Translations under genes and position numbers: made by a program
In this document: piece by piece, positions 27,922-37,683 of the stretch
Numbering within the stretch: the stretch's first letter is position 1
How the letters are laid out: each line of letters opens with the position of its first letter
Notes under the pieces: model-generated
Databases searched by the model: none
What the model saw: only the letters and a program-made list of their open reading frames with translations
Told to the model about the DNA's origin: nothing
From: an archaeon
Lineage (GTDB): Archaea > Methanobacteriota_B > Thermococci > Methanofastidiosales > NM3
Length of the DNA stretch: 64,000 nt
Assembly: GCA_004212155.1 (NCBI GenBank)
Contig: RXIG01000019.1
Location: 33,144 to 97,143 of the forward strand
Direction of reading: 5' to 3'

Positions 27922-28431
27922 TTATGCTAATTCCTCAATGACGACCCGCGTCTTCGTTGGAAGCTTGTAACCTGCCTTCTTCAGGCCCTGCTTCGCCTTG
28001 TTGATCTGTGTCTTGTTGACGTATGCGGACATGAGCTTCTGTCCGCGCTTACATCGTGCGGCAAGCCCCACGGTCTTTCCAAATGAAAGCCGCATTCCGT
28101 TTCCGTACCTGTCTGCCTTGTTGCCCGTTGCCATGGCGTTCATCCTGAGGATCTGGTGTGGAAACGTTCGTACCTTGAGGTAGTACATGTTCCTGCCCAC
28201 GCGCTTCTCGAGGTGCCTGTTGATGACGATACGTGCCGCCTCAAGGCAGTTGTGGCGTAACTGTACGTCGTCGTCGACTAAGAGATGAACTGCGTATTTG
28301 AAGTCGTGATTCTTAAGTCCCATGTCAAAATGAACGATCTTGCACTGTGGGACGCTTCGCACATACTCCTTGCGCGTATATGCTGGTCCGCTTACTTTGC
28401 GGTCAATCTTCCCTGGTCTCAACGAAGCCAT
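27922..28431 (-). CDS. rpl10e: 50S ribosomal protein L10e (uL16)
   Basis: 169 aa. MASLRPGKIDRKVSGPAYTRKEYVRSVP... is the typical archaeal L10e N-terminus. Confidence 0.9.
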   Translation of the reverse strand: MASLRPGKIDRKVSGPAYTRKEYVRSVPQCKIVHFDMGLKNHDFKYAVHLLVDDDVQLRHNCLEAARIVINRHLEKRVGRNMYYLKVRTFPHQILRMNAMATGNKADRYGNGMRLSFGKTVGLAARCKRGQKLMSAYVNKTQINKAKQGLKKAGYKLPTKTRVVIEELA

Positions 28432-28502
28432 ACGATATCACCATCTTTTTGTCTGAACTAGTGTATACAGTATTTAAATGTTGTGGTTTGGAGATGTGCC
28501 GT

Positions 28503-28862
28503 TCACAAGGCTATGATCGTATACCCATCGGCCATGTAGCGCCCCATGCTGGGGTGGCCAGACATCTCGTCACAAAGCGGCAGCGATTGATTCTCTGCCT
28601 CCCCGATGGTGCCCATTTTCGTGGAACACGCCCTGCAGACGCAATCAATAAGCCCCTCATCGCGAGCACGTGTGTAGAGTGGCCCAAATGGCGCATCCTT
28701 TTGTGAGAGATCCCGTATGAGCTTCGTTGCGCTTCCCTCGATGATGAGCTTCACGTCGTGGCCCTTGTCCCTAAGGTCGAACGCGTTGAGCAGGGCGTGC
28801 ACGAAGCACATGGGCTCCCCGTTGAACGCGAACAGTGCTACCTTCTCCTTATCAGTTCCCAT
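28503..28862 (-). CDS. Small DsrE/DsrF-like fold protein (tentative)
   Basis: 119 aa with a layout similar to DsrE-family proteins (KVALFAFNGEP...; CVCRAC). The recognition is weak. Confidence 0.4.
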   Translation of the reverse strand: MGTDKEKVALFAFNGEPMCFVHALLNAFDLRDKGHDVKLIIEGSATKLIRDLSQKDAPFGPLYTRARDEGLIDCVCRACSTKMGTIGEAENQSLPLCDEMSGHPSMGRYMADGYTIIAL

Positions 28863-28884
28863 ATGACTACATCGTAGGAATGAT

Positions 28885-29595
28885 TCAAATATCTTGTGCA
28901 GAGCCCTTGAGGCGACGGGCCGTCTTGCGCAACACGCCCTTGAGGGTGTATGCCTCGCGAGAGGTGATAAACGAACGGGACACGACCCTGCGAAAGATGA
29001 GCGATGAGGTGCGGTGCCGATATGGCCGATGGTCGATCATGTGCACGATGTTGTCAAAATCCTCATACAACATCTCCCGCTCCTCTCGTGACGCTGCTTG
29101 TTCCCGTCGGGCATGCGGCCTGCCGCAAGCCTTGAACAGCTCGTAGAAGATGATCGTTGCCGCGTGGGCCACGTTGAGCGTAGGGTATGCGCCGCTTGCA
29201 GGGATGGTCACCAGCATGTCGGAGCGCTCGACCTCCTCATTCGTGAGGCCCGAATCCTCTCTGCCCAAAACGATGGCCACGGTGCCGTCGAGGTCGAGAG
29301 CACGAGAGAGGTCATCGGGATGAAGCGGTATCCTGCGCACGTTGTACGCATGGCCGGCCTCCCGGGACGTCGCTATGGCGTAGTCGACAAGCGAGAGCGC
29401 ATCGTCGTATGTAGGGACGATGGTGGCATCGTCGAGAATGGCCGATGCGCCACATGCCAGCATGTAGGCCTCATCGTTGAGGTAAATCGGATTAACGAGT
29501 ATGAGTGGCCCCGAGATATCAAAGTTTGCCATGCTGCGTGCAACGGCACCGATGTTTCCGGGCGTCTTGGGTTCCACCATGATGCATGCGAACAT
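28885..29595 (-). CDS. SpoU/TrmH-family (TrmJ-like) RNA 2'-O-methyltransferase
   Basis: SPOUT motifs are present: NIGAVARSMANF, IVLGREDSGLTNEE, IPASGAYPTLNVAHAATI. I moved the start to ATG 29595 (MFACIMVEPK...). Confidence 0.75.
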   Translation of the reverse strand: MFACIMVEPKTPGNIGAVARSMANFDISGPLILVNPIYLNDEAYMLACGASAILDDATIVPTYDDALSLVDYAIATSREAGHAYNVRRIPLHPDDLSRALDLDGTVAIVLGREDSGLTNEEVERSDMLVTIPASGAYPTLNVAHAATIIFYELFKACGRPHARREQAASREEREMLYEDFDNIVHMIDHRPYRHRTSSLIFRRVVSRSFITSREAYTLKGVLRKTARRLKGSAQDI

Positions 29596-29766
29596 GGTAT
29601 TACATCGATGATTGACATATAAGTATTGCGAGCAAATGCCCCACGCACGAGCGCGTTCATGTATCATTGAATATTTGCTTTACTCTATGTGTGATGCTAC
29701 CCCCCATCAGGAAAAATTATTAAGCGCCTGTTTCGAAAGGAACGCATACTTCTAACAGATCAGCAT

Positions 29767-31038
29767 GTGAAAAGAATGGGAAAACGGTTCACCATAGTGG
29801 GTGTCGACCCGGGTACGACAGTAGGTATAGCACAAATCGACCTTGATGGGCGATTGATCGATCTCTTCTCCTCGAAGGAATTTTCCATAAACGACATTAT
29901 CGAGAGGATACGTTCATACGGGTACCCGGTCATCATCGCGACCGATGTGACAAGCGTCCCGCAGACGGTGGAAAAGATCGCGGCATCGCTTGATGCCAAG
30001 CTCTACCTGCCCCGCGGCGTCATCACGTTGCGTGAGAAAAACGAGATCGCAAAGGACTATCCTGTGCACAATGCACATGAGCGGGACTCGCTCTCGGCGG
30101 CCATCAAGGCGCATCAGCAATACCATGCGAAGTTCGAAAACATCGATGCGCGCCTCAGGGAGATGAACATGCAGCGTTACTCTGAAGAGGTCAAGTCGCT
30201 CGTGCTCAAGGATTATTCGGTAAGCAAGGCGATCGATGCGCTCTCAAAGGTCGATGAACCGGCCCATATGGAGGTCAAGGAGCGACCCGCGAGCAGCTCT
30301 GCCCCCTCAGAACACGGCGCTGAGGTCGCCATCCTCAAGAATCGCCTGAAGAACCAGCGGTCATATATCAACGAACTCGAAAGTGCCCTCAAGCAGGCAA
30401 GAGAAGATACAGAACGCATCAACTTGAAGCTGAAGTCGGCGAGGGACAAGACGCTCGTTGATGCCAAGAGATCGGAGGTCATACGCCAGAAGACGTCGGT
30501 CATCCGCAAGCTGCAACAGGAGCTAGCGACGCTGAGGGGGGAGCTTGGCCGCATGGTACGGGAGAATAAGGAGCTCAAGGACATGCGCTCGCTGCAGATG
30601 AGGGAGGAGATCATCGTAACAAAGGTGCTCGACCAGTTCTCGAAGAGCGAGATCGCCGCTCTCGACGAGCGATTCGGCATAAGAAAGGACGACATCATCT
30701 ATGTGCGCGACAGCTCCGGTGGGGGCGCTTCGACGGCTCTTGCGCTCTGCGAACGGCGCATCAAGGCACTCATCACCGACACGGAGATGAGCCACACGTC
30801 CCAGGAGCAGCTCACCGCGTGTGGTATCGCCATCTTCTCCACGAACGAAGTGCCCGTAAAAGGGGTCGACGAGTATGCCTTCGTCGACAGGGAAACGTTT
30901 GACCGTGCCTATGAAGGATGGGCCAGACGACAAAGAGAGTCACAGCGCTTGAAAAGCTCTGCTTGGCTCGAGGGACTCATCAAGGACTATCGTTATGAAA
31001 GGAAAAAGGAGGACACCTATGATACATCTCGCAAGTGA
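29767..31038 (+). CDS. DUF460-family archaeal protein (RNase H-fold N-domain, central coiled coil)
   Basis: The N-terminus FTIVGVDPGTTVGIAQIDLDG is RuvC/RNase-H-like. The middle contains a long coiled coil. The GTG at 29767 or the ATG at 29776 could be the start. Confidence 0.7.
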   Translation: MKRMGKRFTIVGVDPGTTVGIAQIDLDGRLIDLFSSKEFSINDIIERIRSYGYPVIIATDVTSVPQTVEKIAASLDAKLYLPRGVITLREKNEIAKDYPVHNAHERDSLSAAIKAHQQYHAKFENIDARLREMNMQRYSEEVKSLVLKDYSVSKAIDALSKVDEPAHMEVKERPASSSAPSEHGAEVAILKNRLKNQRSYINELESALKQAREDTERINLKLKSARDKTLVDAKRSEVIRQKTSVIRKLQQELATLRGELGRMVRENKELKDMRSLQMREEIIVTKVLDQFSKSEIAALDERFGIRKDDIIYVRDSSGGGASTALALCERRIKALITDTEMSHTSQEQLTACGIAIFSTNEVPVKGVDEYAFVDRETFDRAYEGWARRQRESQRLKSSAWLEGLIKDYRYERKKEDTYDTSRK

Positions 31039-32725
31039 CGACACCGATGCCCCGACGGATACGTTCGATGTGATATTTATCACCGGCGATGCTTATATCG
31101 ACCACCCTTCAAACGGCGTGGCGCTGCTTGCTCGCCTTCTCGACGACAAGGGGTACAGCGTAGGCATCCTCGCGCAGCCGGATCCCTCCTCGATCGACGA
31201 CTTCAAGGCACTCGGACGGCCGCGGCTCCTGTTCGCCGTCACGGCGGGCCTTGTCGACTCGATGGTCGCAAACTACACTCCGCTGAAAAAGGAACGTGAC
31301 CGCGACAGGCTCTCGTATGGCGAGGGCATGCGCCCCGACAGGGCGACGATCGTCTACACGCAAAAGGCCAAACAGGCCTATAAGGGCGTGAAGGTGGCAA
31401 TAGGCGGCATCGAGGCATCGTTGAGGCGATTTTCACACTACGATTACTGGCAAAACAAGGTGCGACGTTCGATACTCATGGACAGCAAGGCAGACATACT
31501 CGTCTACGGGATGGGCGAGCGCCAGATGCTCGAGATACTCTTGCGTCTCGATGAGGGGCGGCACCTTTCGGGCATATGCGGCACCGCGATCGCCGTCAAG
31601 GAATGCGACCCTTCCTGGGTGGTGCTCCCCACGTACGAGGAGGTCGCATCGTCAAAGCACAGATTCCTTGACTCGTTCATGGCACAATACACGCACCAGG
31701 ACCCGTTTCGTTCGCCGCCCCTGGCCGAGCCGTATGGTGATTGGCACGTCGTGCAGTATCCGCCAGCGCTGCCCCTTAGCACCGACGAGATGGACTATCT
31801 CTATGAACTGCCGTTCACGAGAAAGATCCCCCATACCGGGCGTGGCGCGCCCCACTCCATGGAGCCGGTGCAGTTCTCCATTGTTACGCACCGGGGTTGT
31901 TTTGGCGGATGCTCGTTTTGTGCGCTGTCAATGCACCAGGGACGCATCATACAATCAAGAAGCGTGGAAAGCATTGCCCGTGAGGCGCAGCGATTCATCT
32001 CCCATCCCGACTTCAAGGGCACAATCGATGATGTCGGTGGCCCCACGGCGAACATGTACGCCATGGGATGCACGAAGGGGCGCGGCCATGCGACAGCTCA
32101 CTCGATCCGGACCGGTGAGGAAATCTCCATACCTGTTACCACCAAGGGATGCACGAACCCCTGCCTCTATCCGGCGTGCCCCCATCTCGACCTCGACCAT
32201 GGCCCATACAGGGAGGTTCTCGAACGCCTGAGGTCGATCGATGGCATCAACCATGTCTTCATACGCTCCGGCATACGCCATGACCTGGCGCTTGGCGACA
32301 GGGACTTCATCAGGGAGCTGTGCGAACACCATGTCTCTGGACAGCTCAAACTGGCGCCGGAACACACAAACGATCGTGTGCTAGCACTCATGAACAAGCC
32401 CCCTCTCCGCATCTTCGAGGAGTTCATGCACACGTACAAAAAGACCAACGAAGCGCTTGGTAAACGACAGTACGTCGTTCCCTATATCCTCATAGCCCAT
32501 CCCGGATGCTCGGTGCGCAGCGCACGGGAACTCGGATCCTACCTCCGGTCACGAGCGATAGCCGTTGAGCAGGTGCAGGTCTTCACACCGACGCCCATGA
32601 CGCTCAGCACGGCCATTTACTACACGGGGATGGACCCCGGCACGGGCGATGACATCTACATACCATATTCGTACAGGGAAAAAAAGCAGCAAAAGCGTCT
32701 TGCACTGCCCACAAGAAATGCTTAA
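31019..32725 (+). CDS. YgiQ-family (UPF0313) radical SAM protein
   Basis: FDVIFITGDAYIDHPS at the N-terminus and CFGGCSFCAL (CxxxCxxC). I chose ATG 31019 because AAGGAGG (31007-31013) precedes it. It overlaps the DUF460 gene by 20 nt. Confidence 0.8.
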   Translation: MIHLASDDTDAPTDTFDVIFITGDAYIDHPSNGVALLARLLDDKGYSVGILAQPDPSSIDDFKALGRPRLLFAVTAGLVDSMVANYTPLKKERDRDRLSYGEGMRPDRATIVYTQKAKQAYKGVKVAIGGIEASLRRFSHYDYWQNKVRRSILMDSKADILVYGMGERQMLEILLRLDEGRHLSGICGTAIAVKECDPSWVVLPTYEEVASSKHRFLDSFMAQYTHQDPFRSPPLAEPYGDWHVVQYPPALPLSTDEMDYLYELPFTRKIPHTGRGAPHSMEPVQFSIVTHRGCFGGCSFCALSMHQGRIIQSRSVESIAREAQRFISHPDFKGTIDDVGGPTANMYAMGCTKGRGHATAHSIRTGEEISIPVTTKGCTNPCLYPACPHLDLDHGPYREVLERLRSIDGINHVFIRSGIRHDLALGDRDFIRELCEHHVSGQLKLAPEHTNDRVLALMNKPPLRIFEEFMHTYKKTNEALGKRQYVVPYILIAHPGCSVRSARELGSYLRSRAIAVEQVQVFTPTPMTLSTAIYYTGMDPGTGDDIYIPYSYREKKQQKRLALPTRNA

Positions 32726-32749
32726 ATAGCTGCACGTCCATCTAGTAAT

Positions 32750-33157
32750 ATGGACGATACTGGTGAGGAATCCGGGGGCACGAATACGAAGAGCCGGCTG
32801 CTCATCGTCGTGCTTGTCATAGGCCTCGTGGGAATGGTGGCCTACATGTATGGCGTGGCCCCCATGGACCTGTTCTTCGTGCTCATCTTTGCATACTTCA
32901 TACTCTCTTCCATCTTTTTGCGTCCGCAGCGACGCGTGCCGCAGCGCCGATTCCCAAAAGAGGAGCGCGACACCGACTGGGGATACGAGTTTGGCGGATC
33001 GTACGATGAAGAGGGACAGGGATCGTGGAGGAAGGAACGAAGGAAGGGCGACGATGGCAGCATGTTTGATGACGAACGCGAGGAGTCGTGGTCGCTTTTC
33101 AAGGAACAGGACAGGGAAGAGGAGTACAAGCGGATCAAGAAGGGCGACCTGATTTAA
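32750..33157 (+). CDS. Hypothetical membrane protein with charged C-terminal tail
   Basis: 135 aa with two TM helices, followed by a region rich in Glu/Asp/Arg/Lys/Gly/Trp. Confidence 0.45.
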   Translation: MDDTGEESGGTNTKSRLLIVVLVIGLVGMVAYMYGVAPMDLFFVLIFAYFILSSIFLRPQRRVPQRRFPKEERDTDWGYEFGGSYDEEGQGSWRKERRKGDDGSMFDDEREESWSLFKEQDREEEYKRIKKGDLI

Positions 33158-33160
33158 GAC

Positions 33161-34480
33161 CTATTCTTCTGGCATGCGCCCAAGCACCTCATCGCGCTGC
33201 ACGATGGTCTCCTCGATGATGCGGGCTTCATCAAGATGACACAATTGCCCATCGAAGAGTATCGAGCCGTTGACCATGGTGAGCACGACATCGCTTGCTC
33301 GCGCGGCGTAGACGAGTGCGGAGACGGGATCGGAAAACGGCATCATGTGCGACTCTCGCGGGTCGACGACGGCAATGTCGGCCAGCGCGCCGGGACGTAT
33401 GACACCAAGCTTGCCCTCCATACCTATGGCGCACGCGCCGTTAATCGTGGCCATGTCTAACGTCGTCTGCGCCGGTATGACTGTGGGGTCGAACGAATGC
33501 ACCTTGTGCAACAGAGCGGCAAATCGCATCTCATTGAACATGTCGATGGTGTTGTTGCACGCAGCTCCGTCGCTGCCAAGCGAAACGTTGATGCCGCGTT
33601 CGAGGAATCGCGGCACGGGCGCTATGCCCGAGGCGAGCTTGAGATTCGCAATGGGGCAATGGAGCACCGTGGTTTGGTAGCGCTGCAACAACGCCACCTC
33701 CCTCGTGTTGACCCAGATGCAGTGCGCAAGCAGGAGGCGTGGCGAGAGCAGCCCCAGTGACGAGAGGTACTCGACGTTGCCCATGCCTGTCCTTTCCCGC
33801 ACCATCGCGACCTCATCCTGATTCTCTGCCGCATGGGTATGGATCAACGTTCCCTCTCGTGTTGCGAGCTCGACGATGCTTGAGAGGAGTTCCTCAGAAC
33901 ACGAGAGCGCAAAACGTGGGGCGAAGAGGTATGAGAGCAAACCGTCGTTGCCCCCGTGCCACTCCTTGAGGAGGTGACGAGACTCCGACAATGCCTTATG
34001 GGGCGACTCTATGAGCTCGTCTGGCGCCGAGTCGTGAATGTCCATGAGCATCTTGCCGCTATAACCACGCATGCCGCTCCTGCTCAGGGCGCTAAATGAC
34101 TGGTCTGCATGATGGACGGTCCCCATGTCGACGACGGTGGTCGTGCCCCCCTGAATCATCTCGGCACATGTCAGCAGGGCAGACCAGTAGACGGACGAGG
34201 CTGAATGGGCCGCCTCGAGGAGATATATCCTCTTCGTAAGCCAGTCAAGCAAGCTCAAATCGTCCGCCTGGGACCGAAATAGGGTCTGAATGAGATGAAC
34301 ATGTGTCTGTATGAATCCGGGGATGATGATGCATCCTGTACAATCGATGACGGTATCGGCCGACGCGTCATTGCCCACCGATGCGATGGTGTTCCCTTCG
34401 ACAAGCACGTTCGAGCGGAGGACTTCTCGCTGCTCGTTTTGTGTCACAACAGTCCCATTCTTAAGCAGAATCGTCTCCAT
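33161..34480 (-). CDS. Amidohydrolase, MTA/SAH deaminase-like (MtaD/cytosine-deaminase superfamily)
   Basis: 439 aa. The metal-binding HxH motif is present in PGFIQTHVHLIQT, with later HAAE and SDG motifs. Confidence 0.75.
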   Translation of the reverse strand: METILLKNGTVVTQNEQREVLRSNVLVEGNTIASVGNDASADTVIDCTGCIIIPGFIQTHVHLIQTLFRSQADDLSLLDWLTKRIYLLEAAHSASSVYWSALLTCAEMIQGGTTTVVDMGTVHHADQSFSALSRSGMRGYSGKMLMDIHDSAPDELIESPHKALSESRHLLKEWHGGNDGLLSYLFAPRFALSCSEELLSSIVELATREGTLIHTHAAENQDEVAMVRERTGMGNVEYLSSLGLLSPRLLLAHCIWVNTREVALLQRYQTTVLHCPIANLKLASGIAPVPRFLERGINVSLGSDGAACNNTIDMFNEMRFAALLHKVHSFDPTVIPAQTTLDMATINGACAIGMEGKLGVIRPGALADIAVVDPRESHMMPFSDPVSALVYAARASDVVLTMVNGSILFDGQLCHLDEARIIEETIVQRDEVLGRMPEE

Positions 34481-34753
34481 AATCCCAAAAACCTGTGCAA
34501 TTTATAAATATTTAAAGCTATGGTAGTTATGTCGCGCCAAGACTAGGCTTTGCACGCAAAAGCCCTAGATCTTCGTGTGCATTCCACGCAGTGCCAAGCG
34601 GTATGCGCACCGATGCAAGCCGGCATCCTCTATCCTCTCCGCAAGCGATCGGGGAATGCGGGTGCGATGCGCGTACACGAAAGAGACTAGGATGAGAACG
34701 AATATATGAAATAGGTAAGAAGTAGCGTATGACAATTGGGAAAAAAGGATAGA

Positions 34754-34765
34754 ACTTTATGTTCG
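34754..34765 (+). repeat. Exact 12-nt motif ACTTTATGTTCG (copy 2), followed by degenerate copies
   Basis: Identical to 10894-10905. ATTTATGTTCGA recurs at 34777-34788 and CTTTATGTGC at 34795-34804. Confidence 0.5.
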
Positions 34766-34865
34766 ACCGATTGGGCATTTATGTTCGAAATTATCTTTAT
34801 GTGCAAAGCCCCAAGACTAACAAAGTTTTTAATATGGAACGGAGATGGAATCTAGAGGTGTACTA

Positions 34866-35312
34866 ATGGAACCAATATTCAAAAAGATCCTAGTTCCGAT
34901 AGATGGCTCTGACGCGTCCCTTCATGCTGCAAAAAAGGCTATTCATCTTGCCCAGAATCTCGATGCGAAGATCATTGTGATGCATGTCATCAACAAGTTT
35001 GAGATCAGGAAATACCTGGAAGTCAGCCATGAAGACGAGGAGAAGGTGAAAAAGGAGCTGCAGGAGTACGGATTCAGGTACCTTGGTCATGTCAAGGACC
35101 TTGCCAAGACTTCAGAAGTGCCCGTGGAGATGATACTTGCCGAGGGAATACCTGCTGAAGAGATCATCAACAGCTCCAAAAAGGAGCATATCGATCTTAT
35201 CGTTATAGGTAGTTCGGGCGGGACAGGCTTTCGCAGGAGACTGCTTGGAAGTACCACCGACCGCGTCATACGCTGGTCAGAGGGCGTGCCAGTCCTCGTG
35301 ATCACATATTAG
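34866..35312 (+). CDS. Universal stress protein (UspA family)
   Basis: ILVPIDGSDAS at the N-terminus and GSSGGTGFRRRLLGSTTDRV at the C-terminus. The start is set at ATG 34866, after GAGGTG. Confidence 0.8.
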   Translation: MEPIFKKILVPIDGSDASLHAAKKAIHLAQNLDAKIIVMHVINKFEIRKYLEVSHEDEEKVKKELQEYGFRYLGHVKDLAKTSEVPVEMILAEGIPAEEIINSSKKEHIDLIVIGSSGGTGFRRRLLGSTTDRVIRWSEGVPVLVITY

Positions 35313-35321
35313 GTAGATTAC

Positions 35322-35951
35322 ATGGGCAATGCCACGCTTCTCATAGCCATCTTGCATACTGGCAATGTCGGAGGGCTATTGCTCAAGGACGTGATCCTGC
35401 AGATGCAGCGGGTGCTGCGCGCGGCACTCAATGCGGAGGCACACGGCCTTGCCGTCTCGTGCAAGGCGATAGGCCCGCGACCCATCCCCATCCCGGGTGT
35501 TGCATACAATCGCGTCAATGGCAAGTATAGTGTTGAACCGTTTTTTAACCTCGCTGCCAAGATGCGCCCGAGGGCGGAGCAAAAGCTCGCCAAGGAGGGA
35601 AAGAAGGTATCAAAAGTACTTGTCATCACCGACGTCCCCCTCTTTAGTTATGTCCACAACTCCGACGTCTTCGGCGAGGCCGACGTTGGAGGATCGATAG
35701 CCGTGGTGTCAACGGCGCCACTCAACATCGATGCAACGATCGATGAGTTCAAGAAGCGTGTAATAAAGGAGTGCGTCCACGAGGTCGGTCATACGCTCGG
35801 GCTCGGGCACTGCGCTGACAAGACCTGCGTGATGTCGCTCTCAAGCGATCGGTTCGATGTCGATCGAAAGTCCGAGAACATGTGCTCCCAATGCAAGTCC
35901 AAACTCGAGAGCCTCGTCTACAAGGATTACCGGACATGGGACCATGAGTAA
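35322..35951 (+). CDS. amzA: Archaemetzincin (zinc metallopeptidase)
   Basis: HEVGHTLGLGHC (HExxHxxGxxH) is followed by CVM and a C-terminal CSQC. Confidence 0.85.
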   Translation: MGNATLLIAILHTGNVGGLLLKDVILQMQRVLRAALNAEAHGLAVSCKAIGPRPIPIPGVAYNRVNGKYSVEPFFNLAAKMRPRAEQKLAKEGKKVSKVLVITDVPLFSYVHNSDVFGEADVGGSIAVVSTAPLNIDATIDEFKKRVIKECVHEVGHTLGLGHCADKTCVMSLSSDRFDVDRKSENMCSQCKSKLESLVYKDYRTWDHE

Positions 35952-36756
35952 TTCTCACGACATATCACTATTTTATCCTACTCCTGCGACGTTCCCATCC
36001 ATCTCGGTGACGGGATCGTGGTGCGGGCTCATGTGCGACCACTGCAACGCGCGATTCCTTCGCACCATGGCTGATGGCGCGCGCGAGGGCGTATACGACT
36101 CATGCCGCAACGCGTATGAGCACGGTGCCCAGGGGGCCCTCATCACGGGGGGTTCAACGAAGAGTGGGGCCGTACCCATCGACTACGGCGAGCTCGAACG
36201 TGCTTGCACGCTCACCCCGTTTCGCGTAAACGTCCATGCGGGCCTCATCGAAGAGGTACCGCCGGTCTTGCGGTCGGTCTCTGCCGTGTCTATCGACATC
36301 CCACCCTCAACGCGCGTGGTGCACGAGGTCTACCACCTTGAAAGGACACAGGACGATTACTTCTCCGTGGTGGAGGCCCTCGAAGAGGCGCGGGTGCACT
36401 ATGTGCCCCATATCTGCATCGGCGCGGAATGGGGCACGGTGCGCGGCGAGGGTCAAACACTTGAGCGCCTCGCTTCGTATGGTTGCGAGGAGATTGTCCT
36501 CCTGTCGCTGCGGGTCCCGCCGGGAAGAGGGGGCATGTTCAAGCGTGTAACAGCACACGAATTCGAGGATACAATAAAAAAGGCACGCGAAATGTTTAAA
36601 TGCATTGGGTTAGGATGTATGCGAGACCGTACATCTAAAAAAGAAAAAATGTGGCACTACTTCGACAAAATAGCATGGCCCTCAAAAATAGTAAAAGACG
36701 AATTAGCACGAAGTGAACGTACGTTCCATACGTACGAAACATGTTGTGCGGTGTAA
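35944..36756 (+). CDS. Radical SAM protein, LipS1/LipS2-like (candidate subunit of two-component archaeal lipoyl synthase)
   Basis: The CxxxCxxC motif is present as CGLMCDHCN. The start ATG 35944 overlaps the amzA stop by 8 nt. The listed upstream extension lies in amzA coding sequence. Confidence 0.6.
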   Translation: MSNSHDISLFYPTPATFPSISVTGSWCGLMCDHCNARFLRTMADGAREGVYDSCRNAYEHGAQGALITGGSTKSGAVPIDYGELERACTLTPFRVNVHAGLIEEVPPVLRSVSAVSIDIPPSTRVVHEVYHLERTQDDYFSVVEALEEARVHYVPHICIGAEWGTVRGEGQTLERLASYGCEEIVLLSLRVPPGRGGMFKRVTAHEFEDTIKKAREMFKCIGLGCMRDRTSKKEKMWHYFDKIAWPSKIVKDELARSERTFHTYETCCAV

Positions 36757-37673
36757 AAGATATGGATGTTAGATTATCATGTGGAAGTGAGGCCGCATTA
36801 GGACTGCGAACGATGAAAACGTGCGTTCCCACTGAAACAATATATATCATGACCCGGGGCATATGTCAAGCTTCGTGCGCATTCTGTGCGCAATCGACGG
36901 GCGAGGAAAGCTGTATGCTCTCCCGCATCAGATGGAATATATGGGACTTCGAGGACATCGTTGATCTCCTGCACGACCAGAACAGGGTCTGCATACAATG
37001 CCTCAACTATCCCGAGGTGTTCGAGGACCTCTATGAGATGGTCAAGCGTATCAAATGCCCTGTATCCGTCTCTGCCCAGCCATTTACCATTGACGAGATG
37101 CGGGCGTTATCAGAACATGTCGACAGGCTGAGCATCAGCCTTGACTGCTTCACCAAGGAGCTCTTCGAGAAGTACAAGCCATTCTACAACTGGGACCTCC
37201 ACTGGGTGCGCATGAGAAAGGCGGTCGAGATATTCGGCGAGGGAAACGTGATATCCCACATGATCGTCGGCCTTGGCGAGACGGAACGCGAGGCTGTCGT
37301 TACCTTGGACGAGCTCATAAGGACCGGGGTGCGCCCATCCCTTTTTGCTCTCACACCGCTCAAGGGCACGGCACTTGAGGGTATGCCCGCCCCCGACCTT
37401 GGCACTTACCGTCGTCTGCAGATGGCACGCTACCTCCTTCTGGAAAGGTGCATCGATAAAGAGGACATACGCTACGATGAGGATGACATGATCTCCTCGT
37501 TTGGGATCGATGTGTCAAAAACTGTCGATCCAGAAGCATTCATGACACAGGGCTGCCCGAACTGCAACAGGCCTTTTTTCAATGAGAAACCCGGCAGGAC
37601 CCCCTACAACTTCCCATGCGATATATCCGAAAGCGAATACATGGCCATCATCAAGCATGCCAATGTCGATTGA
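36741..37673 (+). CDS. Radical SAM protein, biotin-synthase-like fold, LipS1/LipS2-like (second candidate lipoyl synthase subunit)
   Basis: The CxxxCxxC motif is present as CQASCAFCAQ. An alternative start is ATG 36762. Confidence 0.65.
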   Translation: MLCGVKDMDVRLSCGSEAALGLRTMKTCVPTETIYIMTRGICQASCAFCAQSTGEESCMLSRIRWNIWDFEDIVDLLHDQNRVCIQCLNYPEVFEDLYEMVKRIKCPVSVSAQPFTIDEMRALSEHVDRLSISLDCFTKELFEKYKPFYNWDLHWVRMRKAVEIFGEGNVISHMIVGLGETEREAVVTLDELIRTGVRPSLFALTPLKGTALEGMPAPDLGTYRRLQMARYLLLERCIDKEDIRYDEDDMISSFGIDVSKTVDPEAFMTQGCPNCNRPFFNEKPGRTPYNFPCDISESEYMAIIKHANVD

Positions 37674-37683
37674 TGTGAACGCC

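Noticed and set aside
34527-34778. 83-aa minus-strand ORF in the mtaD/usp spacer
   Set aside because: The translation is Pro/Arg/Ser-rich and atypical. The ORF overlaps the mtaD promoter region and the helices described in the finding.
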